A stretch of 63,828 nt of DNA, counting the filler, from Vannella sp. (Eukaryota), in the NCBI GenBank assembly GCA_023345925.1. It is 7 parts of 7 records of this genome, joined end to end, with 100 filler letters (N's around TTAATTAATTAA, not from the genome) between each part and the next. Parts side by side here need not be neighbours in the genome. Positions count along the whole stretch, not along the records: positions 1 to 13,186 come from JAJQQN010000871.1; positions 13,287 to 21,481 come from JAJQQN010000450.1; positions 21,582 to 29,893 come from JAJQQN010000568.1; 4 more parts are not named here. The stretch is one strand, 5' to 3'. Position numbers and translations under genes: made by a program. Below are positions 11,012 to 24,154 of this stretch, piece by piece; within the stretch, counting starts at the first letter, position 1, and the number at the start of each line of letters is the position of its first letter. Below the pieces are notes generated by a model that worked only from the letters and a program-made list of their open reading frames with translations, was not told the DNA's origin and ran no database searches.

Positions 11012-12976
11012 TCAAGAAAGGGACTTTTTCCTTCGGTGTGAAGGTTTCTTGACTTTCTCAAAAGAAAGGAGACATTGCTCACTGATAGAGAACATCACTC
11101 CCTTTGAGAGCACGAAGATATCATCCTTGAGGAAGGTCTGGATAGCATCCATCTTGGGGAAGGGATAACAGGCGTTCTGAGACAGTTCGACCAGTTTCAG
11201 AAGCTGGCCGATTTCAGATAACTTGTAGAAGTTGATTGCGCCCGTGGATGTGTGAAGATCCATCTGTTCCACACTCATCAGATCGCCTAAAAGTCGACTC
11301 TGGAAAGGAATGAAGGGCGGAGTAGTCTCACTGAGTGCGTTCCTGTATTCTGTGAAATTCTGTAAAGGACTCATCAGCTCCTCCACTTGCTCAAAGATGC
11401 GCGTTCTCCGCTCTGGCATGGCCTTCCAAAGTGGCTTCAGACGAGATATCTCGCAAAAGTTCAATCCTGCATGGATGGCCATCAGACCGTTAAAGTTCTT
11501 GAGCTTTAGAAGCTCCTTTTCTATCTTAATCAGCCGGTCTAATACAGCCACGCGCAGTTCATTCGTTGGGGCGATGAGGACTTCTGTAGCAGCCCAAGTA
11601 GATACTCGATTGAAGCGCTTTGCAAACTCAATCACATTGGGGGCAAGAGTCTTCTTCTTCTTGGAGGAGCTCCAGTTGGTACGAAGGAGCTCTGTTAACT
11701 TAATATTACACATTAATTGGTGGTCAATCAGAGTAAGCTGCTCTGCAACATCCATCGCCGGAATCTGTAAGAGAGAGAGCCGGTTTCCGGACATGGATGA
11801 AGTTGGACGGCGCAGATTGCAAGAAGAAATGGAATTGATGTACCGCGCAGGTATCATTGTGACACTCTGTTCCAGTTCAGAAGCCCAGTGAGAGGCAACA
11901 GGATGGTTCGTGTTGCTTCTGAGCATTTGAATAAACTCTTGAAGTAACTGATGATTCTCTACCCCAGCTGCTTGAAAGTCATAACAAGGAAGCGACTTCC
12001 AACGGAGAATCGTCCGAATGATCCTCATGTGGACCAGATTCACTTCCGTCTCCTTAAATGGGAAGGCTTTGAAATGCCCAATGAGTGCCTCTAGGAGGTT
12101 CTGTGCTGGTGTGTGATACGAATGGGTCATCAAAAAGGTATGGACCCATTCCGCAGACTGTTGAGGGCTAGCAATGAACTGAATCATCTGGTCGAGGGTA
12201 CCAGTGGTGAGCCAAGTGAGATTGTGGAGCATTTCGAAGGTTGGTAAGACTGTCACTTCCGTGGTTTGAGGGGCGGAAGGCTCGAGGATGCTCATATTGT
12301 CTTCCTCTTGTGTTAGCTGCTCGATAGACTTGGAGAAGAAGTCGTTTGTGAGATGCCGGAGCATAAGATGCCCCTTCTTTTGGATGTTATCTCGAATGTC
12401 GCCTTTGCTAGGCGCTCTCCTGATACGGTGCCGTCTCTTTTGTGGAGGAGGTGTCCCAGCGTCAATACTGAGGAAGCGAACAGACTCAGATTCGAGAGAG
12501 AGGCCACTGGGCGTGGGACTCAACTTCTCATTTAAGGATTCCGAGCTTGTGGATCGCTTGAGAGATCTCTCAGCTCGTTGAGAGTCAATCAATAGTGACG
12601 AGCTTGAGTCTGGTACACTTTTGAGAGCCAGAAGAGTCAGTAGATGGCAGTTGGTCCGGTCAAAACCTCTTACTTGCTGTACTTTAGTCCCGCGAGGTTC
12701 CTCTCTGCAATAGTTGGTGCTCTTGGACTACTAGTTGTCACGCGTGTTAATAGGTAAGTAGTGCAAGGGTAGGTGGTACCTCTTGGTTCGATAGGAGTCT
12801 CCTCTTCCCAGCGTAGACAAAACAAGATCCTCCCAGTTCCCCTTGGACTCTGGACCCGCCCCCAGACCGCCAATAGATCTCCTCCTCAAATGCTTTGGTC
12901 GGATAGACCTAAATCACCATTGAGTGAACCACAGCAGCCCCACAAGAGCGACACACAGCAACGGTCCTGACGCCAT
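11012..12976 (-). CDS. Ras guanine-nucleotide exchange factor (REM + CDC25 domains); 5' exons tentative
   Basis: GTLDQMIQF...FLMTHSY (REM); VAEQLTLIDHQL, APNVIEFAKRFNRVSTW, LKNFNGLMAI, NFTEYRNAL, PPFIPF, GAINFYKL (CDC25). Confidence 0.9.
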
Positions 12977-13186
12977 CACGAAATGGCACTTCCCACCAAT
13001 TTATCTCCAGACCCCGTAGTCTATTTTAATTCCAACGTCGTGGAAAAGGACGGCTAACAAATTGGATAAGGCTCGAAAGAACTAAACTCCGGCCAATTGA
13101 CTAGGTTTCTGGTTTTGGAAGAATTATTAGAAAGCCAACGAAAGCTGATTGGCGGAACAAGCAAGACCGAACCCGGAGTGCGATCG

Positions 13187-13286
13187 NNNNNNNNNNNNNN
13201 NNNNNNNNNNNNNNNNNNNNNNNNNNNNNNTTAATTAATTAANNNNNNNNNNNNNNNNNNNNNNNNNNNNNNNNNNNNNNNNNNNN
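13187..13286. other. Artificial contig-join spacer
   Basis: 44 N + TTAATTAATTAA (stops in all six frames) + 44 N. Confidence 0.97.
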
Positions 13287-13308
13287 TGCTCTGCAAGAAG
13301 CATAAAGA

Positions 13309-13380
13309 AGGCCCCATCGGGGATTGAACCCGAGATCTCCTGCTTACAAGGCAGGCGCTTTGCCACTAAGCTATAAGGCC
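13309..13380 (-). tRNA. tRNA-Thr(UGU)
   Basis: GGCCTTA TAGCTTAGTGGCAAAGC G CCTGC CT TGT AA GCAGG AGATC TCGGG TTCAATC CCCGA TGGGGCC T: complete cloverleaf, A and B boxes, no intron. Confidence 0.95.
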
Positions 13381-13549
13381 GCTTTTGATTGGACGAAAAA
13401 ATTTCGAAAGTTGGGTAATGTTTTTATCTGAAAAAATTGGTACATTGTTTTCTGATTGGCTCACTGTTTGAGGAATTGGGATGTGCATTTCTTTTCTTCC
13501 GCGGGAAGTAGAATTTCTTTTCTGGGCCACTGGCCCATTTTTTCCTTCG

Positions 13550-16500
13550 ATGAACTTCCTTCTTCGTGTGTTGGGTCAGGCTGGACCTGACAAGGGTGAA
13601 GTTGAGTCTAGCCAGCCTCCTTCAGTCCTCTCTCCGCAGGATACAGAGGAACTCACTCGGCAGGAGTTATCGGGAGCGCCGGAGGAAAAGGGAGATGTTG
13701 TTGAGGCAAATGCACCCTCTTCAGCACGTTCTTCGGCGCGTCCTTTACAGGATCCAGATGAACTGCGCCGCCAAAGGCTTAGTCGGTTCTCCGACACGCC
13801 CACTTCCCCCATACCCGGGCCATCAAAGTCTCTCTCCAAACCACAGGCCAGTGCCACCCCCGCTAGGGCCATTCGCCGAGACATGAAACCAGCACCAGCT
13901 TCTCCAACTCCTTCAAAGTCTCCAAAGGAAGTGGAGATCTCCCCGCTGGCAGAGATTCGCTGGGAAAGCAGATTACTGTGCGATGTCTTCATGGTCTCTC
14001 TGCAGCCAGAGGAAGCATCTGCACGCACTACCTTCCTCCCAATACTAGCCTCAGAACTGGGACAAGAACCCCTGAGTGCGGTGCACTTGGACCGATTGCT
14101 TCTTGAGAAGCTCCGTGGCTGTGAACAGTGCCGCCACCATGCCTTTGCGTTTCTCATTCACTGCTTGATAGAAGTCAACAAACAAGCACGCCTTGCTCGT
14201 CATCAAGGGCGGAAGGAAGTTCTTCAACAGGTCACTGAGGTCGTGACGAACTACTCAGCTCTTCTTCTGGAGCACCCAGACCTCTTCGTAGACGAATCAG
14301 ACCGAGAGAAACCACTAGAGGAGTTGTTTATGAGTCTCTTCTCTGGCTCTCTTCCTTCTGGCTACCTCAATCAGCTCGTTGACCGCCTCGACATGTCCGG
14401 ATCGTTGTCTTCTGTGGTTGGGCCGCTCTTCCTCCTTCTTCAAAAGAGGGCTTCTTCAGCTTCATTGGAAGATGGCTCCTTTGCTGAGGTCATTGGGATC
14501 TTCATTGAGCTCATGCAATGCAAAAAGATCGCCCATCTCGTCATAAGTCACCCACAATCTCGCTGGCTGTCGCCTTCTTATATCACTGGGCGTCAGCTTC
14601 AACGGGAAAGCTATTTGGGCTCATTTCTTACGTTTGGAGCGATTCCCACAGAAACTGACCAGAACGCAGCTTCCAACTTCTTTGCTGACCCAGACGCCAT
14701 GAGCAACTCCCAGAAGGAGGATGCGAGACTGGCTCTGCGCAGCAAGATCTCTCCACTTATTCAAAGCCTCCAGCGATGCTTGTTGGAGTTGATTAAGGTT
14801 TTCAAGGATGATGGAAAGGAAGCTTGGCTCTCGTGGGTTGCTCAGCTGCTCCAGTTGAACCAAGGGTTAGCTCACACTAACCAAGACACTTCTCGTGTGT
14901 GCGATCTTCCTCTGATGCTGAACGCAGGTCAAGTTCTTCTCCTATTCTGCAATCCAATCCTTGACCAGGACCGAAAGGCGGTGCGTTTATTCAGCTTGCA
15001 CCTTGGTTGATACTAACCCAAGAACCTTAGTACTCTCGCATTGACCCTGCGTACCTGCAGTCCGATGTTAGGGTGAATGTTGAGAACGAAACAAAGCTTG
15101 CTGTGAACTCAAAGGAGCTGGAGAGTTGGGTGGATAGAAGGAACTTGGACAACATTGAAAAGTGGAGGAGGAAGAATCCTGGAATGGACTTTGACCCCTC
15201 CCGCTTCCGCAAGACAGAGAAAGCTGGATTCACTTCTGAGTGCTTCTTCCTGGCCTATTATTCTCTGCACTTGGGTTTCATTCAGGCGCACCAACACCTC
15301 CAATCTTTGTATCGGCGAAGAAATAATGACAAGTCAGCTGTGGACCAGCTGACAGGTCCTGAGAAGGATGCTGCCATTATCCGCTATAACAGCTGTCTGC
15401 GTATGATTGAGTGCTACCAGGTGTACTTGTTTGACACAGCAATGAGCCAAGAGTGCGAGCGGTTCTACTTGTTTGCCTGTGGGTGGCTCTTGCACTTAAT
15501 TGACCCTGAAGGGAAGGGTCTTCCGCTTCAGCCACCGTCAATGGAGTACGCTTCACTTCCAGAGTTCATTGTGAGCGATATTGGGGACTTTTTTGAGACA
15601 ATCTTCAATATCTTCTACCCTGCGTGCACTTGGTTGCCCTTGGATAACTTAATCCCGTTGATTGTCCTCCTCTTGGGAAGTCCAACGCACGTGAAAAACC
15701 CCCATCTGCGCTCCAAGTTGGTAGAAGTGCTAGAGAAACTAACAAATGTCCAACCGCGCTACCAAGATGTCGTGTGTGGACTACTGGCTTCTGATAAGAC
15801 CGTCAGAAAGCACTTGGCTGTCGTTCTGATTCACTTTTACATTGACATTGAACACACTGGAAGCCACACACAGTTCTACAGCAAGTTCAATGTGCGCCAA
15901 AACATTCAAAAGATCTTGAAGTTCATGTGGAATGTACCTCCACTTCAAACCAGTATTATTGAGGCCAGTAATGACGCAAAGTTCATCCAATTCATCAGCA
16001 TGGCCCTGAATGATGCCAACTTCCTGCTGGAAGACGGTCTCATTGCTCTAGCAGAGATTCGTTCTATTCAGCTGGCCATGAAGGACCAGTCTAGTTGGAC
16101 ATCCCTCTCAGACGTACGTTATAGCTTACTTTCCTCTTGTCTCACACTCACTTCCCATTGTCAGGAGGACCGAGAGAAGAAACTTGGGGAACTGAATGCA
16201 GCCGAAGGAAAAGCTGGAAACTTCCTCCGCACAGCCGATGGCATTGTAGAGATGCTCCAATACCTCTCTTCGCAGATAGTAGAGCCCTTCATGAGAGGCG
16301 AGTTGGTAGGAAGAATAGCCAACAGCCTGAACTTCTTCTTGGAACAACTTGCCGGTCCAAAGTGTTCTGACTTGGCCGTCGAGAACCGGGAAAAGTACGG
16401 GTTTGAACCCAAGCGACTGCTGGCGAGTCTCATTGATATTTACATCAATTTCTCTCGTCAACCTTTCATTGAGGCGGTGGGAAAGGACTTGCGCTGCTAT

Positions 16501-16909
16501 TCCAAAGCCACTTTCCTGCGGGCACGCGATATCATTGCCAAAACCGGGATTCGGCCAGCTGTAAGTGCCACTGGAAGGGGGTGCAGTCACTAATGGTTTT
16601 AAGTCGGTTATGCTGGCCATTGAGAAGTTTGCAGAGCAAGTGGAAGCTTCCAAAGTGGATGAGATGGAGATTGACTATCCGGATGAGTTCCTCGACCCAA
16701 TTACTCAGGATGTGATGACTGACCCTGTGCGGCTGCCCTGTGGCAACATCATGGATCGTTCTGCCATTCTTCGGCACCTACTTAATGACCCAACGAACCC
16801 TTTCACTCGCCAGCCACTAACTCCCGAGCAACTCATCCCGGACAACGAATTGCGAGTCCAAATCGAAGAGTTCCGTGCCAAAGCACTTCGAGAAGGCTCT
16901 ACAGCATAA
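13550..16909 (+). CDS. UFD2: Ubiquitin conjugation factor E4 (UFD2/UBE4, U-box); multi-exon
   Basis: [67 protein letters not shown]-box [20 protein letters not shown]...[22 protein letters not shown]. Confidence 0.95.
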
Positions 16910-16978
16910 CAAAAGAGATGCCACTCTTCCTTCTAACTCCCCAAGACCCTCCAAAAAGCATTCCGATGACTTTGGCAC

Positions 16979-17581
16979 TTATTTCTTGCGTGGCAGGTTA
17001 TGAAGAGCGCTTTCTAGCTTCAGAGAGACGGTGTTCTGATGCTGAACCATCTCATCTAGTCGTAGAAGATGTTTGGAGACTTCCTCATGAACTCCAGAGG
17101 CCAAGCGAGTGGCAAGGAAGTCGTCCGATTCTGCCCGATTGCGGGAGGGTATACTAGGGGAGGATAATGGCATAGTGTTGATGCGGCTTACAAGGTGGCA
17201 AGGGTCTGGATCTTCTGTCCCTCTCCTCTTGCGGGTGGAGGAGGAGGTCTGACGGGCGAGTGGGTTTGTGTGATGAAGGGCTGGAATGGGCGCATTTACC
17301 TTTGCCATGCAGTGATGAGAAGCAGCATGCTTCTCAGCTTCACCTAATAGAAGCTCCACGCGCTCCCGCAAAGCAAGATTCTCCTCCTTGACCAAGTCTC
17401 GATCGGGGGGATGAAGAAAGGGATCGCTGGCGATCCTTAGCAAGAGAGCCTCCTTGCTAAGGTCCTCCGTGACTTCTGAAAGACTAAGCTGTGCGATCAG
17501 CTCGTTCAGGTGAGCTAAACGAGACAAACACTCGCTCTGCAACTCCACAAGCCTCTGGATGACCTCCTCTGCCTTGCCCAT
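16979..17581 (-). CDS. Hypothetical coiled-coil protein (may extend upstream)
   Basis: 200-codon ORF with heptad-like helices; no recognised family. Confidence 0.45.
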   Translation of the reverse strand: MGKAEEVIQRLVELQSECLSRLAHLNELIAQLSLSEVTEDLSKEALLLRIASDPFLHPPDRDLVKEENLALRERVELLLGEAEKHAASHHCMAKVNAPIPALHHTNPLARQTSSSTRKRRGTEDPDPCHLVSRINTMPLSSPSIPSRNRAESDDFLATRLASGVHEEVSKHLLRLDEMVQHQNTVSLKLESALHNLPRKK

Positions 17582-17868
17582 CCCATAGAATGAATCGAAA
17601 GACCCTCAAACGACTCTACACTCAGCACCAAAGCTGTTGAACAGCAGAGTGGACCTTCTAGTCCCTTCCTGGTCTCCTTGGCTGAGGAGGAAGATGCTCT
17701 GCACTACTCGGTGGGTTCTCTGTGGCACTACGTAGTGGAAAGGAAGGGCGGCGTTGGTTCAAAAAGAGTGTTTAGCGAGTGAGATCGGAGTTGGTGCCAG
17801 AAGGGAAGACACTGTTCCGAAGGGAAGACACTGGGAAGACACTATTCTGTTCGTAGAGGGGACATGAA

Positions 17869-19150
17869 TTAGAGGTCGCTCCCCATATCTGCGTCCATGG
17901 AGAACGTCCCGTTCAAGGAGAAATCATAAGAAGTAGACGGAGGATACATCTCATCCTCCAGGGACTCAGGAGCTCCAAAGCGGTCATAGCTGGAAGAGTT
18001 TGATTTGTAGAAGAAGTGGTGAATCAGCTTGATTTTCAGCCGGTAGAGACCGTAGCACAGAAGGAAGAAGACAAAGTGTGCAGCGAATACAACAGCATAC
18101 TTAGGAAGGGCCAGAGGCACCCACAAGTTCAGGAAAGGATATCTCCATCTTTTGATAGTGAGCAGGCATCTCTTGTGGTGCTATAGAAGCTCACTTACAT
18201 GCCCGAGATAGAGTAGAAGATCAGGGCCCAAAGGATGTACGTCAGAGCCCACACCACCATCCAAGTCATGTTGAAGAGACGAACAGGAACTCGATTGAAT
18301 ACGAGGCTAGGGGATGGTCAGAGTGAACGTGAACATCAGAAAGTAGTTATTACTCAATCAGAAGGAAGACCAGGTTCATCCCATGGACAACGCTGCTGCT
18401 GAAAGTCAGCAGAATGTCCGCATGTCCTTGGGAGGACAGAACTGGAAGCAGGATGAACCAAACAACGCTATCCACCAAGAAGACCAACGCCAATTCGATA
18501 TTATAGATGACAATCTGGTTTTCCGTGCCGTCAGAAGAGTGACTTGGAGGGAAGTATACACTTACAGTGAAATTGCCAAGATATCGTACCACACCCGGTG
18601 CGACGTTGTGAGTACGATGCAAGACAGTTAACAAGATGACACACTACATTGTGTCAAGAGGGAGAGGGTGGGGGAAGAGCAGGGAACTCACAGCAAAGTA
18701 GGCAATCAACATGGTGAAGTTCCAGATCGTGTAGAAGGACGCAAACGACCACAGGTTACCCCCTCCATCATAGAAGAGAGTCCACAACCACACAAAGATG
18801 CAGAAGAGCAGTACTGCAATGCGGTACGCGAGGAGAAGCTTCCACCCATGTTCTCGTCGGCTCCCTCGAAGGGCTGGCACGGGAACGCTGATTTGAGTGA
18901 ACTGAGAGATGTGAACATCATTGTAGTGTGCCCAGCCACGCTTGGTACCATAGCTGATGAGGAATTGAGTCACAAACGCGGAAACATAGATGATGAGGAT
19001 CAATCCCGCCAAGTTGTACCAGTATTCAGCAGCCAGCTCCCTCAGACTCTCTTCCGTAGTCCCATCCGAGTCTTCTACGATCATTCCAACCACAGAACTC
19101 ACCGTTCCTTCCCAAGAGCGCCCAAAGAGGAGGGGAAGGAGACCTTCCAT
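17869..19150 (-). CDS. Multi-pass membrane protein, rolling-stone / FAR-17a-AIG1-like; multi-exon
   Basis: LLAYRIAVLLF, ASFYTIWNFTML, LVDSVVWFILLP, SVVHGMNLVFLLIE, WRYPFL; several TM helices. Confidence 0.7.
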
Positions 19151-19243
19151 TCCCTCGTCCGACCACCAAATGCCTCTTTTACCATCTCTCCTTGCACGTA
19201 ACGCTAAAATAGCTTCATTGCGTGGTTGTCTGGTGACGGAGAC

Positions 19244-20753
19244 ATGCTGGGGAAGGTGCTGGCGTTCTCTTTGTGCTGGCTGTTGGTCGCTGGAGGACAT
19301 ACAGGCATCCTTGAAGGAACTGCTCGTGTGGCAGTAGTTGGTGGTGGTGCGGGAGGAGCAGCTGCAGCTCTCTACTTGCGGAAAGCGGCTGGTTCGGAGC
19401 TTGACATCGAGCTCTTTGAGAGATCTCACCAGGCAGGAGGGCGCGTTCAGAGCATAGACTTTGCAGGTGAACATAGTGAACTGGGCGGTGCTGTCTATCA
19501 CTTAAAGAATGAGCTGTTCGCTGGCCTGGTGGAGGAAGGAAAGTTCCAAACCTTTAACCCTCTTCACGAGCACACCAATCCCTCTGTGCGGTCTCCTTTG
19601 CCTGCTGAAGAACCAGACCTCCTTGGGGTATGGAATGGGAAGCTCTTCGTCTTCCAACAGAGCGCCTCCTGGGTGTGGAGCATCGTGGAGGGCTTCTATC
19701 GTTACGGGATGGACCCTGTCTACGTCTCTATTGAAGCAAAGCGTGTTCTTGAAGCTTTCCTACAAGTATATCCGCTTCTAGAGGATCCTGGAAGCTCCTT
19801 TGGGACTGTAGAGGCGCTTTTGGAGGAACTGGGACTTCTCGAGTTGACCCGCGTGTCTCTTCTTGAGCATCTGACGTCCTTGGGGATCTGCAAGTACAAT
19901 GGAGGTGCTTATTGCCATGAAGTAGTGGTTGGATTGACCCGAGTGAACTACGGGCAGTCTTTGGAGCTCAACGCACTGGTTGGACTGATAGCGTTGGTTG
20001 GAAGTACAGATGAAGTGGGCAGCGTTGTAGGAGGAAATAGCAAAGTCATTAGCTATGCGATATGGAGAGCTAACGCTCTTGTCCATTGGAACTCCCCTGT
20101 GACTGCCATTCGCCAAGAGGAGTCCGGTTATCTGCTCACTGTTAATGGAACCGAGCACGGGCCTTTTGCCAAGGTCATCATCGCATGTCCTTTGGAGTTC
20201 TCCAACATTACTATGCCTGTGGGAATGAAGCCTTGGGCGCATAATCGCCCGTACCAGTTGGTTCACGTTGCCCTAATTGTTGGGCAGCTGAATCTTGGCG
20301 GGTACTTTGGACAGGATTCAGAGAGACTCAACCAGCCACAGCAAATCATCACAACAGAATCCTCAGAGCCAGGATTCACCAGTATCTTCTTGCATTCGAG
20401 TTATGACGAAAAGAGCAGACCACGAAACCTGTACAAAGTTTTCTCCCGGCTCCCTTTCGAAGAGGAGAAGCTTGACCAAATCTTCTTGAGTGAGTGAGGT
20501 AAGTGGAGGGCGGTTTGTTTGTTCTAACTCCAGGCGTTTAGACCGAACGGAAACTCATATTACCCGCTTTTATGCCTATCCTGTGTTGTCACCCATCCCT
20601 GAGACGCAACCGTTCCCTCCTATTGTGCTGGACGAATCTGAGGGCATCTTCTATGTGAACGCTATGGAAACGGCATTCTCCACCATTGAGACGGAAATGC
20701 TCTCTGGGAAGAATGTCGCTCAGCTTGTTGCTCGATCCTTGTTAAAGAAATGA
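19244..20753 (+). CDS. PCYOX1: Prenylcysteine oxidase/lyase (FAD-dependent)
   Basis: Signal peptide; RVAVVGGGAGGAAAALYL, FERSHQAGGRV, ELGGAVYH, TRVNYGQ, SVVGGN, FYAYPVL, YVNAMETAFSTIET...KNVAQL. Confidence 0.88.
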
Positions 20754-20867
20754 TCAATCGACTTGATGAGACCGAGACAGCTTCATTCGACGGACCAACA
20801 AGTTACCAGTCCACTTCGAGAGCGTTTATTCAAGGAATCTGAATCAAGATAGCTTAAGGAGATAAGA

Positions 20868-21481
20868 CTAGGAGACAAGATGTGAAAGCTCTTTGAAGAG
20901 CGATGTGGTTTTGATTCTTTCAGAAGGTTGGAATTGGGTGCATCGGTGGAAGATCTGACAGAGAGGAAGGTATTCCTCCTCAAGAGGGGGAAACTGAGGA
21001 GGAATCCCGTTCACCACGCTCTCACATATCTTCCAAGACTTTCCCACTTCCTGATACGGCAGTCTTAAAGTGAGCATCTCGAAGAGGATCATTCCAAGGG
21101 AGTAAACTGGGCTTATGAGTCAGGCTTGCTACCTGTCCATCAAAGTGACCTTACCATCTGCCTTGGAAGTGTAGCTGGTAATGTTGCCAGAGCTGAGAAC
21201 TTCGGGGGCAATGAAGCAAGGCGTTCCAATGGTGGTTCTTGCTTTCACTGACGTAGCGGCATCAAAGTCCCCAATCAGGAATACTGGTTTCTCCTTTGCC
21301 ACTTCCAAGACAAAGATGTTCTCCGATTTCAAGTCTGAAGAGATGCCCTCTGTTAGTTAACTTCCATGGTGAAGCAGTGGACGTACCTCTGTGGATGACT
21401 TTGTGTGAGTGCAGGAACTTCATTCCAGCAGCAATGTCGATGAGAGTCTCCAAAATCTCTTGAGGAGTGAACCGTGCGTTG
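20868..21481 (-). CDS. Ser/Thr protein kinase, C-terminal part (truncated by gap)
   Basis: GMKFLHSHKVIHR(intron)DLKSENI, IGDFD, IGTPCFIAPEV, KAD(intron)VYSLGMILFEML. Confidence 0.88.
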
Positions 21482-21581
21482 NNNNNNNNNNNNNNNNNNN
21501 NNNNNNNNNNNNNNNNNNNNNNNNNTTAATTAATTAANNNNNNNNNNNNNNNNNNNNNNNNNNNNNNNNNNNNNNNNNNNN
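21482..21581. other. Artificial contig-join spacer
   Basis: N44-TTAATTAATTAA-N44. Confidence 0.97.
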
Positions 21582-22749
21582 TGGTGATGAAAACAGCGAT
21601 GTTGAACTCGTTGGCAATCTTGGTGAGTCCAGAGAGCATTTTGCCGAGTCTTTGCTGTCGGTCCGCCAGTTCTCCTCTTCCGCTGAAGTCCACACGGAAT
21701 AGCGCCGTCGCAGAGTCCACAATGAGCTGTCTCGTGTCAGTCTGGAGCTAGCCTAGCGAGTCCTTACCAAACGGAATGGCTCCTCGACCATCTTCGACAC
21801 TGCAGCAGTGATCAGCTCCATCTGATGTTCATGAGTGAAAGCGCGTGCGACGATAATGTTGTTCTGGAGTGCCTTTGTGTGAGAAGGGGAACTCCTGCAA
21901 CCTCTTTCAGCCTACCAAAGCGTCGGTAGGATCCACACCGTATCTCTCTGCGATTTGAACAATGTTCTCGGGTCGGCTGTGATGGATTAGCCACAGCCAA
22001 GCTGGGGAATGGGCTTTTCCTTACAAGGTACCTTCCGTGTCGATGAAGGCCACTTTTCCGTTGCCACCACCAACTTCCAGGGGCAGTTGGGAGGTAACAC
22101 AGAGAGTGTGGCACAATTGGGTCTTTCTTAAGGGAGAATGAGGACTGAGCAGTGATAATGGATCTCTTACCCGGTGCGGAACTCGCCAAAGACTTCTGTA
22201 ATGCTTTGAGTCTCGACTCCTCCTCCAAGCAAAGTGTCCAACTCTTTACTTCCGGTGGTCAGCTTGACGACACCCTTCCTTCGTTCCGCCATCTGGTTGC
22301 CAGTCACAAACCCTCCACCCTAAAAAGTGTAAGCGTACAGGTTCCAGCGAAGGGGTCCAATACCTCTAGTTTGGAAGCGGCGGCGAGAATCTTCTCCACT
22401 TTCGCCTCTGACAAGCCTTTGATGGCTGTGAGTTGCTAGCAAGCGTCAGATGAATGCTGCAATGGAACACTTGAACTTACCTTCTTGGTTTGCATCCTCA
22501 CTCCAGCCACGGTGAAGATCCCGGCGAGTTTGAGTTTGTTCACGTCTGTCGCGTTGACTCCCAGACTCTCAAGCTTCTCAATCTCATCAAAGGTCACTTC
22601 AGCGGTCATCTCGACAGCAGTGTTCGCCATCTCCTGATCTTCATTCTCTTCCTCCGACTCACTCTCCACTTGCTTCCTATCAGACCGTCAGCATTGCAAA
22701 AGATCCTCTCTTCATGTTCTTACTGTTGCTTGCGCACGGACCGACTCAT
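21582..22749 (-). CDS. DMC1: Meiotic recombinase DMC1 (3' end truncated by gap); multi-exon
   Basis: ATG 22749; [58 protein letters not shown]1-type [41 protein letters not shown] rather than RAD51-type LYRTDYSGRGELSARQMHL. Confidence 0.88.
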
Positions 22750-22922
22750 TATCAAAGGCGATCAACAAATACTCAACTTTAGATCGACAAATGGAGAGAC
22801 CCACTACGCAAGACACGCGCATCCGATTGGTCGAGGAAGATCCTGGCAATTTCAAGAGAGAAGATATTTATCCCAAATATCTACGGGTGGAGATCTCTGC
22901 CTTGAGATGTCGGGGTCTGCTT

Positions 22923-23881
22923 TCAGTTGAACAAAGCGCGCAACTGTGACATTGTATCTTCTGGTCCAGTGACAGTGTGTCCGATAGTCAAAGGAGACTC
23001 GAATATCTCGAAGTCATTCCCGCCCTGAAAGGAAGGAGGTTAGGAGCCAAGGAGGGGGTTCAGGGGTTGTATCTTGCCTCTGAAGTTTTGTCTCCGAAGA
23101 AGTGGATCTCTTCAAAGGCTTGGTCTTCCACATGGCGAAGGGCGTAGGTCTTGTCCCATCCCTGAGGGAACACATCCATGCTGATCATCCCTCCAATGGC
23201 GAAACAGAGGTTCCAAGAGCCAAACTTCTCTTGGAGAGCAGCCACCATCTTCTCTCGGATGCGGTGCTTTGCATCATACTCGTTGAACTCCACTCGCTCC
23301 TCATAGGAACAGTTTCGGCCAATGGGGGACACGTTGAGCATGCCTGTACGAAACTCAATGAAGGTACCACTATGTCTGAGGTTAGAAGAGCATGAGAGGT
23401 CACTGGGGTGCGCCATACCGCTTGATGGGGATGTCAAGATCAGCCATGTAGTGAAGGAGGAAGTTGACGAGCTCCTTGATCTGCGATTCATTGAGGTACG
23501 TCTTCAACTCCATCTTGTGGAACTGTACTCCATCCTTGAAGCCGACCAGACCATTCTCTGGGAAGGTGTAGTCGAACAAATCGGTTACTGTCCCCAGTAG
23601 CGTGGTAAGGGATCCAGTTGGGACTACAAAGGGTATGAATGGCATGAGACTGACCATCATCACCAATCTGAGCCTTCTGCTTGTCCAAATTGGAGCCTCC
23701 CACCATCCCGATGTACATTTGCTTCCTCAGTTGCTGGAGGCACTCCTTCATCTCTACAGAGATCGTCTATGCACCACCTATCAGTCTACAAAGCTGTGAG
23801 GCCAGTGTACTATACCTTCATGGGCTCCGTCAGAGTACCATCAACGTCAAACAGACAAAGGACCCTCTTCCGCTCCGACAT
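22923..23881 (-). CDS. PMM: Phosphomannomutase (HAD family); multi-exon
   Basis: [24 protein letters not shown](intron)[49 protein letters not shown]. Confidence 0.95.
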
Positions 23882-24154
23882 GAGAAAAAGTGGCTCAAAA
23901 GGCTGCAAAGAAGAACTCAATCTGTACGGTCCCTTCAGAGAGTCATCATCATGAAGGACCATCTTGGTTCTTTCGATAACGACCCCCGAAGTCGGGTTCC
24001 TCACCTTCCCTTCCCTTCACTGCACTCTCAGCCAACTGAATGTCCGATTGGTTTTGATAAGATCCTTTAAAACTGCGCCTTACTGGCGTTGGTTGCATCA
24101 CAGAGGATGTAGCAGAAAGCTGTACGATAGTATTCCAGAAAACTGTGCGTTGGT

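Noticed and set aside
13231..13242. TTAATTAATTAA palindrome recurring six times
   Set aside because: Always centred in 44 N + 44 N; an artificial six-frame-stop contig linker, not a biological repeat.
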